Shown here piece by piece: positions 10,812-18,906 of a stretch of DNA of 64,000 bases (position 1 is the stretch's first letter; each line of letters opens with the position of its first letter). The notes beneath the pieces were generated by a model. It ran no database searches, was not told where the DNA came from, and was given only the letters and a program-made list of their open reading frames with translations. Source of the DNA: Anaerolineales bacterium UBA2181 (GTDB lineage Bacteria; Chloroflexota; Anaerolineae; Promineifilales; UBA4811); the NCBI GenBank assembly GCA_002328075.1, contig DCVT01000022.1, forward strand, positions 9,172 through 73,171. The letters run 5' to 3'. The translations under genes and the position numbers were made by a program.

Positions 10812-10847
10812 TGATCGATCCGTTGACCATTGGTCGCTTTGTGGCGG

Positions 10848-11609
10848 TCAATCGGTAGACGACGGTTCTGGTTTTACCCGGTCGATTGGCGTCAGATGAC
10901 GGTGGCGCCACCAGACCTCCCATACCCGCCATGCCGCCTCCAGCTTGACTCGCATCGTCATCTTGCTACGGCCGCGGTGGCGATCCTCAAAGTGGATGGG
11001 GATTTCCAATATCCGATAGCCCAACCGCTCCGCCACATAGGTCATCTCGACCTGGAAGATGTACCCGTTGGAGCGTATCCGGCTCAGGTCCATGCCCCGC
11101 AAGGTGTCGGCTCGCCAGCACTTGAAACCCGCGGTGGCGTCGCGAGTCTGAATGCGCAGGATGGTGCGGGAATAGACGCTGTTCGCCCACCAACTGAGCA
11201 AATAACGACCCATGCCCCAGTTTTCGTCCAGGCGGCCGCCGGCCACGTAGCGGGAGCCAATCACCACGTCACAGGCCTCCAGCGCCGTCACCATCTGCGG
11301 CAGGTAGAGCGGCGAATGGGAAAAGTCGGCGTCCATCTGGATGATCTGATCCGCTCCCAGCTCGATCGCCCGCCGGAAACCGGCAATGTACGCCGTCCCC
11401 AGCCCCGCCTTGCCGGGCCGGTGTATCACGTGGACGGCGCCCGGCCGGCGAAGAGCCAGGTTCTCGGCTACCTCACCCGTGCCGTCGGGCGAGTTGTCGT
11501 CGACGATGAGGATTTCCAGCCCGGCGACATCTAGCGCCCAAAGCTCGGCTGCGATGAGGGGCAGGTTGTCCGCCTCGTTGTAGGTGGGGATCACGACCAG
11601 GGTTTTCAT
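10848..11609 (-). CDS. Polyprenol-phosphate glycosyltransferase, GT2 family (Ppm1/DPM1-like)
   Basis: [19 protein letters not shown]...[14 protein letters not shown]...[13 protein letters not shown]...IQMDADFSH matches dolichyl/polyprenyl-phosphate mannose synthase-type GT2 enzymes. It ends 36 nt upstream of the YfhO-flippase gene on the same strand. Confidence 0.85.
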   Translation of the reverse strand: MKTLVVIPTYNEADNLPLIAAELWALDVAGLEILIVDDNSPDGTGEVAENLALRRPGAVHVIHRPGKAGLGTAYIAGFRRAIELGADQIIQMDADFSHSPLYLPQMVTALEACDVVIGSRYVAGGRLDENWGMGRYLLSWWANSVYSRTILRIQTRDATAGFKCWRADTLRGMDLSRIRSNGYIFQVEMTYVAERLGYRILEIPIHFEDRHRGRSKMTMRVKLEAAWRVWEVWWRHRHLTPIDRVKPEPSSTD

Positions 11610-12099
11610 GGGGTGTCAGGTTGGCCGAGGCCCAGGGCGGTCGTCCGAGTGGCAGACCGTCGGCCGGACTCCTGCCCACCGGGTGCCGACCAGGGTGCAC
11701 CGGCCGATGACATGCCGCATCAAGTCCTCGTCCAACCGCTGATCGTTACCAACGAGCCACGACCCGGCCGGCGCCGATCCGGTGTCCCAGCAGCGACCAA
11801 GGGCGGTGATCCCCGCCGGGCTGAGAGGGACCAACTGGAAACACGTTCACGAACCACGGGGCCGGCTCGTCGGGCGTCTCGGATCCTGTTCAACGGCCAC
11901 CTCCGCTCCTGCATGGACAAGCGCGGCCGCAAATTGGCCCGGCGCAAGAACTGGGTCTCTGGCATGGTGAGCAGTCAGTCGGTAGGTTACCATAGCGGTA
12001 TACGGTTGTCAAGCACTGCCCGACGGCCGTCCGACGGGCGTGCCGATCGCCATTGCTCGTCGGGCGCGCCGGCGGTGAGGCAAAGGTCGGACGTGGCGC

Positions 12100-12139
12100 A
12101 AAAAAAGGTGCCCGCCACCCTATTGGGTGGCGGGCACCT
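12100..12139 (-). terminator. Rho-independent terminator of the secreted-protein gene
   Basis: On the minus strand: AGGTGCCCGCCACCC-AATA-GGGTGGCGGGCACCT, a perfect 15-bp stem, followed by TTTTTTT. It lies 58 nt past the stop codon of 12197..13060. Confidence 0.85.
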
Positions 12140-12196
12140 GAAGGTGCTCACAATTCTCCGCAGCCGCCTAATTGGGGGGCGGAGACCGGCAAAAGC

Positions 12197-13060
12197 TTAC
12201 GGGAGGATCACCGGGCAGGCTACCTCGACTCGCACGTCCCCGTGCACTCCGTAAAAGTTGGCTGCGGGCACAGTCACGCTCGCAGAGCTGCCCGTGATAT
12301 CGTACTTGTAAGCGAACCCGCCCGGGCTGGGGTTGCCCGAGGGCGCCTCATCGTATCCCTGGATTTTCAGGCTTTCCTCAACGGGGTTGAACGACCAGCC
12401 AGGGTTGAGCTCGATGGATATGGTGACCGTGTCGTCTCCATTATCGGTAAATGTCACCCAGCCCGCTTCGTAGGTCTGACCGGCGTAAAAGATCACTTGT
12501 TCGGTGGTGTAGGGGGTGAAAGTGGCCCAGTTGCCCGAGTCTATGTATCGCGTGCCATCCGCCCAAGCGGTCTCGTAATCGTAGCAGACCTCCTCCGGAT
12601 CAGGGTTCCAGCAGAAAGTGACGTGGCTGATACCATAGGGGTTAAGGTTTTTTGGGTTGATTGGTGCATACAGTTCGGTATCGCTGTAGGCCGGTGGAGC
12701 ATAGAAAAAGACGTTGGCCACCGGGCCACCCTTGACGATGACTGCACCGATGGAATTCGTCGCGATCCAATCAAAGGTGATATCGTTGTCATTGCTGATG
12801 GTGATGGAATTCACGTGCTCCAGCACTCCCCACTCATCATAGAACTTGGCGACGTAGATACCATCCATGTAGAAGCCCCCATCGCCCCAAGCATCGATCT
12901 TGTAGGCGTACATGTAGTCGCCTACTTGCGAACACTCGAATGCGGCGTTGCCCGACTGCCAGGGGTTGACCAACACCGGCTCCACCGAAGCGGCCAGCGC
13001 TACACTGCTGAGCCCCATGGCCAACGCCAGGGCCAGGGTCAAAATCATCCGTGTCTTCAT
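12197..13060 (-). CDS. Secreted protein of unknown function (signal peptide, no recognised domain)
   Basis: Sec signal MKTRMILTLALALAMGLSSVALA. Mature part is rich in W/Y/D/N/G with 4 Cys, including ETAWADG and NWATFTPY segments. Coherent codon usage, own terminator. Looks less GC-rich than its neighbours. Confidence 0.7.
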   Translation of the reverse strand: MKTRMILTLALALAMGLSSVALAASVEPVLVNPWQSGNAAFECSQVGDYMYAYKIDAWGDGGFYMDGIYVAKFYDEWGVLEHVNSITISNDNDITFDWIATNSIGAVIVKGGPVANVFFYAPPAYSDTELYAPINPKNLNPYGISHVTFCWNPDPEEVCYDYETAWADGTRYIDSGNWATFTPYTTEQVIFYAGQTYEAGWVTFTDNGDDTVTISIELNPGWSFNPVEESLKIQGYDEAPSGNPSPGGFAYKYDITGSSASVTVPAANFYGVHGDVRVEVACPVILP

Positions 13061-13441
13061 TTCGTATCTCCTTGTGTCTTTCCTTGATTGCTTGCTGTTG
13101 GTTCATCCGGGGGTGCCGTGCCCGCGTTCACCCCCTCAGCCCGGCCAGGCGCCCGGGCACTCGATATCCTTCTGCGTCCAACTGGAATTTTCGCTGGTTT
13201 TCTCTCGATAAGCTGCCCTCCGTGTAGTCTCCCGCCACCCGGCGCCCGCAGGCGCCCCAGCCGCCCGTCCCCCGGTCTCGCCCGGCGGTTCCGGTTGTCC
13301 TCTGTCTCACGCCATCCTCAGAGCCGATAGTACCTTGCTCCTATGGTGTTCATGATTATAATGGGGCCAGCTCGTGAGGCCATTGGACAAAGGGCCTGTC
13401 TTGTCTGGGACATTTGTCGTATAGCCCGTATAGGAGGGGTG

Positions 13442-14086
13442 ATGCGGATTCGGGTCCTGATTGCGGACGACCACGGCGTGGTCCGCCAGGGATTGCGGAT
13501 GTACCTTTCCACGGACCCCGCGTTGGAGGTGGTGGGTGAGGCGGCCAACGGCGCCGAGGCGTTGCGGCTGGCGCACGACCTGAAACCGGACGTGGTGTTG
13601 ATGGACCTGCTGATGCCGGTCATGGACGGGATCGACGCCACCGAGGCGATTCGCCGCGAGCTGCCTCGGGTGGAGGTGGTGGCCCTGACCAGCGTCCTGG
13701 AGGACAGCGCTGTCTATGGGGCGATGCGCGCCGGCGCCATCGGCTATCTGCTCAAGGACACCCAGGCGGACGCCCTGTGCCAGGGGGTCAAGGCCGCGGC
13801 CGCCGGACAGGTGCTCATGTCGCCGGCGGTCACCGCCCGGCTGCTGCGCGAGGTGCCGGCTCCCCCGCACACCCAGCCGCTGACGCCGCGGGAGACCGAG
13901 GTGCTGCGGGCGCTGGCTGCCGGCATGTCCAACCGTGAGATCGCGGCCACGTTGGTCATTGCCGAAAAGACCGTCCGGGCCCACGTTAGCAAGGTCCTGG
14001 CCAAGCTGGGCGTGACCAGCCGGACGCAGGCTGCGCTTCACGCCGTGCGCACCGGCCTGGTGTCGCCCGGGCCGGACAAACCGTGA
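13442..14086 (+). CDS. Response regulator, NarL/FixJ (LuxR-type HTH) family
   Basis: Start refined to the ATG at 13442 (SD taggagggg upstream). MRIRVLIADDHGVVRQGL...DVVLMDLLMPVMDG receiver domain. C-terminal LTPRETEVLRALAAGMSNREIAATLVIAEKTVRAHVSKVLAKLGV LuxR HTH. Confidence 0.85.
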   Translation: MRIRVLIADDHGVVRQGLRMYLSTDPALEVVGEAANGAEALRLAHDLKPDVVLMDLLMPVMDGIDATEAIRRELPRVEVVALTSVLEDSAVYGAMRAGAIGYLLKDTQADALCQGVKAAAAGQVLMSPAVTARLLREVPAPPHTQPLTPRETEVLRALAAGMSNREIAATLVIAEKTVRAHVSKVLAKLGVTSRTQAALHAVRTGLVSPGPDKP

Positions 14087-14228
14087 TGGTCAAGCCGGGA
14101 AGCGGATGGCGGCAGGCTGGTCAGACCGGGGCGGGAGAGACGTGCCGCCGGCACCCAGATGCCGGATCGGGCGGTGGTGTTGGCAGCCGGGACGCGGGAG
14201 CCCGGCCGGGGCGCGGCCGAATCGGTGA

Positions 14229-15872
14229 ATGCCAATGGGCAAATTGATTGACGACGGGACGCCGCTGCGGGTGCTCATCGTCGAGGACTCGGAAGACGAT
14301 ACGCTCTTGATCCTGCGCGAGTTGCGCCGCAGCGGTTTTGCCCCGGTCGCGGATCGGGTGGAGAGCCCGGAAGCGCTGCGGGCGGCGCTGGAGGGGGGCC
14401 AGTGGGATGCGGTGATCTGCGACTATGCCATGCCCCGCCTGGACGGCCTGGCGGCGCTGGCCATTTTAGCAGCCACCGCCTTGGACCTGCCGTTCCTGGT
14501 GGTCTCGGGCGCCATCGGCGAGGAAGTGGCGGTGGGGGCGATGAAGGCGGGCGCCCATGACTATGTGATGAAGGACAACCTGGCGCGGTTGGGTCCGGCG
14601 ATGCGGCGCGAGTTGAAGGAGGCAGAGGTCCGGCGGGCGAAAAGGCGGGCGGAAGCGGAGAACGTCGAGCTGTACCAGGAGACGCGGCGGCAAGCCCACC
14701 GGTTGGCGGCGCTGCTGGAGATAGGCCAAGACGTTTCGGCCACGCTGCACCTGCCCAGTGTGCTCTTGCGGATCGCGACTCACGCTCGGGAGCTGCTGCA
14801 GGCTGACGACAGCGACGTGTACCTGCTGGAGGCCGACGGACGAACGTTACGACCCATCGTGTCGCTGGGCAACTATGCGGAAGAGACGCTGGCGATGTCG
14901 CTGGAACTGGGCCGGGGCATCGTCGGGTCGATTGCGCAGAGCGGCGTGGCCGAGTTGGTCGACCACGCGCAGAACGATCCGCGTGCCGTTCAGGTGCCGG
15001 GGTCGCCGCCCGAGCCGTACGGCATCATGAGTGCTCCGCTGAGGTACCGCGGGCAGCTTTTGGGCGCCATTTCGGTGGGTCGGCTTGGCGACCGCGAGAC
15101 CTTCCGCCCGGCGGACCTTCAGTTTCTGCAGAGCCTTGCCCGGCAGGCGGCCATCGCCATTGAGAACGCCCGGTTGTACGGCCAGGCGCGACGCCTGGCG
15201 GCGTTGGAGGAGCGGCAAAGGCTGGCCCGGGACCTGCACGACTCGGTCTCGCAGGTGCTGTACGGCGTCGGCCTGGGGGCGCGGACCGCCCACGCCTGGC
15301 TGGCTGGCGCCGACATCCCGGCCGAGCTCAAGGCCGGGCTTGAGGAACCGCTGGACTTTCTCCTCTCGCTGGTTGAGGAGGGATTGGCCGAGATGCGGGT
15401 GCTCATCCTAGAGCTGCGACCGGACTTGCTGGAACGTCAGGGGCTGGTGGCGGCGTTGGCGCAGCAGGCGACGGCGGCTCGCGTGCGGCACAAGCTGGAT
15501 GTGCACACCGCGTTCTGCCCGGAGCCGGTTTTGCCCTTTCTGGTCAAGGAGGCGCTGTACCGCATCGCCCAGGAGTCGTTGACCAACGCGGCTATGCATG
15601 CCCAGGCCGGCCGGTTGGAGATCCGGCTGGCGCCGGAGGACGAAGGCATCGCGCTCGAGGTGCAGGACGATGGCGTCGGGTTTGATCCCGAGCGCGAGCA
15701 CCCCGGCCGGCTGGGGCTGCGCTCGATGCGCGAGCGGGCGGCCGAGCTGGGAGGGCACCTGGAGATCGTGAGCTCGCCGGGGCAGGGCGCCCGGGTGCGG
15801 GCGTGGGTGCCGCTGGACCCGACGCCTGACGGACCGGGCCCCGGGCAGACTCGCGCAAGCATGCCATCGTAG
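14229..15872 (+). CDS. Hybrid sensor kinase: N-terminal receiver + GAF + HisKA_3/HATPase (NarX/DegS-type)
   Basis: LRVLIVEDSEDD...VICDYAMPRLDG receiver, central GAF-like region, RLARDLHDSVSQVLYGV H-box typical of HisKA_3, and C-terminal QDDGVGF...GLRSMRERAAELGG ATPase motifs. Confidence 0.85.
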   Translation: MPMGKLIDDGTPLRVLIVEDSEDDTLLILRELRRSGFAPVADRVESPEALRAALEGGQWDAVICDYAMPRLDGLAALAILAATALDLPFLVVSGAIGEEVAVGAMKAGAHDYVMKDNLARLGPAMRRELKEAEVRRAKRRAEAENVELYQETRRQAHRLAALLEIGQDVSATLHLPSVLLRIATHARELLQADDSDVYLLEADGRTLRPIVSLGNYAEETLAMSLELGRGIVGSIAQSGVAELVDHAQNDPRAVQVPGSPPEPYGIMSAPLRYRGQLLGAISVGRLGDRETFRPADLQFLQSLARQAAIAIENARLYGQARRLAALEERQRLARDLHDSVSQVLYGVGLGARTAHAWLAGADIPAELKAGLEEPLDFLLSLVEEGLAEMRVLILELRPDLLERQGLVAALAQQATAARVRHKLDVHTAFCPEPVLPFLVKEALYRIAQESLTNAAMHAQAGRLEIRLAPEDEGIALEVQDDGVGFDPEREHPGRLGLRSMRERAAELGGHLEIVSSPGQGARVRAWVPLDPTPDGPGPGQTRASMPS

Positions 15873-16126
15873 ACCGTGGGTGCGCAACCGGACCCCGGCT
15901 CGGGCCCGGCCGGCCCGCTCTACTGGCAAGCTCTGTTCCGCGCCTGAGGGGCGCGGTGGCTTGGCTGCGGCCGCCGGCCGGGTCGTGGATCTCCGGCCGG
16001 ACCTGGCGTAGCCCGCTGGCGGGGGACCGCTTGTCGGTTGAGCCGGCAGCGGGCTGGCCTCGACCAGGTCGGCCGCGTCGAACCCCTCGAAGAAGCTGCC
16101 ATACGCCCAGTGGTGTCGACCCGGCG

Positions 16127-16598
16127 TCACAGGTTGGTGATGTTACCGGTCGGCCGGGTGTGGGCGTCAATGGCGTCCCTCACAGTCTCGTCCGCGTCAT
16201 AGGCCGCTCGGATGGATAGTGATCGAGTACATGCTGCTTCACCTGGCGCGCCCGCCGGTCCAGATCCGCCACGCCCCGGAACTCGGCTACCCGGTAGGCG
16301 CGGAACTCGCTCTGGTAGGCCTCGAGGGGAGTGGTGGGGTCCGGAGAACGGGCAGGGTTGGTCTCGTGCACCAGCAGCGTCTGGCACCGCCAAAGTGACA
16401 GGCTGCGCAAGTTGCAATAAAGGTGGTGCCGTGAATCTGGAAACCTGCGAGATTGGTCTCGGCACATACCAACTGGGTGGTGCTGCCCGGTAGGTAGTAT
16501 GGGGTCCAATTGGCGGTATCCCGGCGGTAACCGGTCACCAGCGCGTGTCGTGTGCGCCCTCCAGGAGCCTGACGGCACCCATCCGGAGAGATTGACAT
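16127..16598 (-). pseudogene. Possible frameshifted gene of unknown function (three minus-strand frames tile the interval)
   Basis: An ATG at 16598 opens MSISPDGCRQAPGGRTRHALVTGYRRDTANWTPYYLPGSTTQLVCAETNLAGFQIHGTTFIAT. Coding-looking sequence continues in a second frame (TLLVHETNPARSPDPTTPLEAYQSEFRAYRVAEFRGVADLDRRARQVKQHVLDHY) and a third (SIRAAYDADETVRDAIDAHTRPTGNITNL). No family recognised. It could equally be assembly indels. Confidence 0.25.
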
Positions 16599-16696
16599 GA
16601 TGGGTAGGGGGTGTATGATCGGCACTGGAGTGGGAGGCGGAGGGAGGTTGCCCAGCAACCGACTCGTGAATCAGAGGCCGACAGGGAGATCAGACC

Positions 16697-17509
16697 GTGC
16701 TTGATATAGACCAACTGATCGAGATGACCGTTGCGTCCGACCCTCTTCGTGTGCCTGTCCTTCGCTCTGCGATCAGGGCTCTGGGCTTTGCCCCGGGGAG
16801 CCGAGGGCTGGACGCCGGATGCGGCGCCGGTTCACCGGGCTTGTTGCTCGCTGAGGCGGTGGGACCCGGCGGGCACGTGACCGGCCTTGACCTGTTGCCA
16901 GAGCTCCTGGCTCACGCCGGCAACAGCGCAGACCAGGCCAGCCTTTCCGCCAGGGTCTCTTTCCTGGCGGGAGACGCCAACCGGCTTCCCTTTGAGGACC
17001 ACTCCTTCGACTGGGCTTGGAGCGCGGATTGCATCGGGTATGCACCCCTGGGGACCCTGCCGCTGCTGAGGGAGCTGGCGCGGGTGGTCAGGCTGGGTGG
17101 TCGGGTGGCCATCCTCGCCTGGTCCTCCGAAACGCTTCTGCCGGGACACCCACAACTGGAGGCCGGGCTGAATGCTACCTCGGCCGGGATGGCCCCTTTT
17201 GTCGCCGGAAGCAGACCCGAGTCGCATTTCCTGCGGTCGCTGGGCTGGTTCCGCGCCGCCGGCCTGGAGCAACCCGCCGCCCTCACCCTCGCCGGCGGCG
17301 CCCACGCCCCGCTGACGGATGAGATGCGTCGGGCGCTCGTCGCCCTTTTCCAGATGCGCTGGCCTGGAGTGGAGCCCGAGCTGGCCCCGGAGGAGCGTGC
17401 TGAATACCGGCGTCTCTGCCTGCCCAGTTCACCGGATTTCATCGCGGACGGGCCGGACTACTATGCCTTTTTTACCTACTCGCTGTTTCACGGTCGCGTC
17501 AGGCACTGA
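16697..17509 (+). CDS. Class I SAM-dependent methyltransferase
   Basis: GTG start. Motif I LDAGCGAGSPGLLLAE, then a post-I acidic residue (GLDLLPE) and the FDWAWSADCIGY region typical of Methyltransf_11/25-type enzymes. Confidence 0.8.
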   Translation: MLDIDQLIEMTVASDPLRVPVLRSAIRALGFAPGSRGLDAGCGAGSPGLLLAEAVGPGGHVTGLDLLPELLAHAGNSADQASLSARVSFLAGDANRLPFEDHSFDWAWSADCIGYAPLGTLPLLRELARVVRLGGRVAILAWSSETLLPGHPQLEAGLNATSAGMAPFVAGSRPESHFLRSLGWFRAAGLEQPAALTLAGGAHAPLTDEMRRALVALFQMRWPGVEPELAPEERAEYRRLCLPSSPDFIADGPDYYAFFTYSLFHGRVRH

Positions 17510-17579
17510 GCGTTCTTGAGCCGCAGCCATCCTTACACTCGATGTCATGCTGCAGCGCAGCGAAGCATCTCCGTTCTGC

Positions 17580-17638
17580 GGCCACGCAGACCCGTCCCGC
17601 CATCAGGGTGGCATGAGGGCACCGGGCCACGCAGACCC
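17580..17638. repeat. Direct repeat GGCCACGCAGACCC x2 (45-nt period) in a ~770-bp non-coding stretch
   Basis: Identical 14-mers at 17580-17593 and 17625-17638. A small GCCA/TGGC hairpin lies between them. No convincing ORF in 17510-18277. Confidence 0.5.
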
Positions 17639-18277
17639 TTTTAGCTGGACGGTTACATGACCCGACCCGGCCGTCGGATCCGCTGGCACTGACGGGCAGT
17701 TGACGCGGCATCTACCACGTCCCAGTCGCCCTTAGGCAACTGGGGACGCAGCTCGCGCAGGCAGGTGACCGAACCGGCGCAGGCGAGCGCCCGAACCCGA
17801 GTAGGCGGGTTTGGCAGCCTCTGCTGCGGGTTTAACCGTCGGGCGGCGACCGGCGGCGGCGCCGAGAGACCGGCGCACTGACGCCGAGGTGCTGCCCGCG
17901 AGTTGCGACGCTCCTGGTGTTCTGGACGCACGAGTGCATTTCCCGGGGCAGCCAATAGCCTCGCCCACTGGACTACGTTGGCCCCAAGAACCGGCCGGCA
18001 CGGCGGCCGTGATTTGGGCTATGATGTGCACAAGCTAAACCGGATCGAGCGGTGTTTGGTCCGCACCCTGCCCCCCCAACACCTCCACAACCTGGCCGCC
18101 GCCAGCGCCTGTCCAGACACCGAGACGCTCGGGTTCGCGAGCGGACCACCGACGCCCCTTGGCCGCCGTGGCTATGCGTCTCCCGGCTGGGCCAATCGCC
18201 GGCCACCGGTCCGGCGACCTGGTCGGCCCGATCGGCCGGGTAGCCGTGCGCCGGTCTTGCCGAGAGGAGGCAGAAAG

Positions 18278-18838
18278 ATGAAAGCAAGCGACAGGGTGCT
18301 CGCCGGCATCGTCGCCGGCATTGTGCTGTTGGTGGCGTTAGCTCTGGTCCTGACCCTCACGCGGCCGCCGGCCGATTACCAGCCTGAAGACACGCCGGCC
18401 GGGGTGACAAACAACTATCTCCTGGCGCTGCTGAACGAAGAACATGAGCGCGCCTATGGCTACCTCTCGCCGCAGATCAAGTGCTACCCGTCCTCGGTCT
18501 CCGAGTTCAGCGACGCGGTGCGGAGCTATGCGTACATTTTTGGTGCGAGTGATCAGGGCAGGTCGTGGTCGGTTGAGAACACTACGGTGGGACGATGGAG
18601 TGCCGCCGTCAAGGTTTCCGAGCCCCGTTTTCGCGGCGGCGGCCTGTTCGAAACCGGACAGACCTACGAACAGTTCCAAGTCGATCTCGTGCTGGAAGAT
18701 GAAGGGTGGCGCATCATCAGCGCCGACCGGTACTTTGCCAAATACCAATGGACGAGCGCCAACTGCAAGTGGCGGCGCCGGGCCGGCGGAAACCGTGTAG
18801 CCACGAGGGGTGACTGCCATAGCTTCCCTTCGTCCTGA
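18278..18838 (+). CDS. Membrane-anchored protein of unknown function (single N-terminal TM, NTF2/DUF4878-like feel)
   Basis: Start refined to the ATG at 18278, preceded by gagaggagg. MKASDRVLAGIVAGIVLLVALALVLTL TM helix, then a soluble domain. The upstream part of the listed 311-aa ORF is Arg/Pro-rich non-coding-looking sequence. Confidence 0.6.
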   Translation: MKASDRVLAGIVAGIVLLVALALVLTLTRPPADYQPEDTPAGVTNNYLLALLNEEHERAYGYLSPQIKCYPSSVSEFSDAVRSYAYIFGASDQGRSWSVENTTVGRWSAAVKVSEPRFRGGGLFETGQTYEQFQVDLVLEDEGWRIISADRYFAKYQWTSANCKWRRRAGGNRVATRGDCHSFPSS

Positions 18839-18906
18839 ACCAAGCTCAAGGGGGGCATCCGATTTAGCGAATCAACAGGCCGGGTAGCTCAATAGGAGGT
18901 ACGAGA

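Noticed and set aside
11610-12099. Overlapping minus-strand ORFs (11616..11834, 11720..11965) and a 213-aa + ORF between ppm1 and the secreted-protein terminator. There is a vague resemblance to hexapeptide-repeat acetyltransferase ends.
   Set aside because: The similarity is too weak to defend by eye, and composition is Arg/Pro-rich in all frames. I treat the region as non-coding or unresolved. BLASTX could reveal a relic.
12053-13087. 344-aa + strand ORF opposite the secreted-protein gene
   Set aside because: The minus-strand gene has a signal peptide, coherent composition and a perfect downstream terminator. The + frame has none of these and reads through that terminator.
15408-16170. Minus-strand ORFs of 240 and 192 aa overlapping the 3' end of the sensor kinase and the region downstream
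   Set aside because: They are extremely Arg/Pro/Ala/Gly-rich with no motifs, and largely antisense to a well-supported kinase gene.
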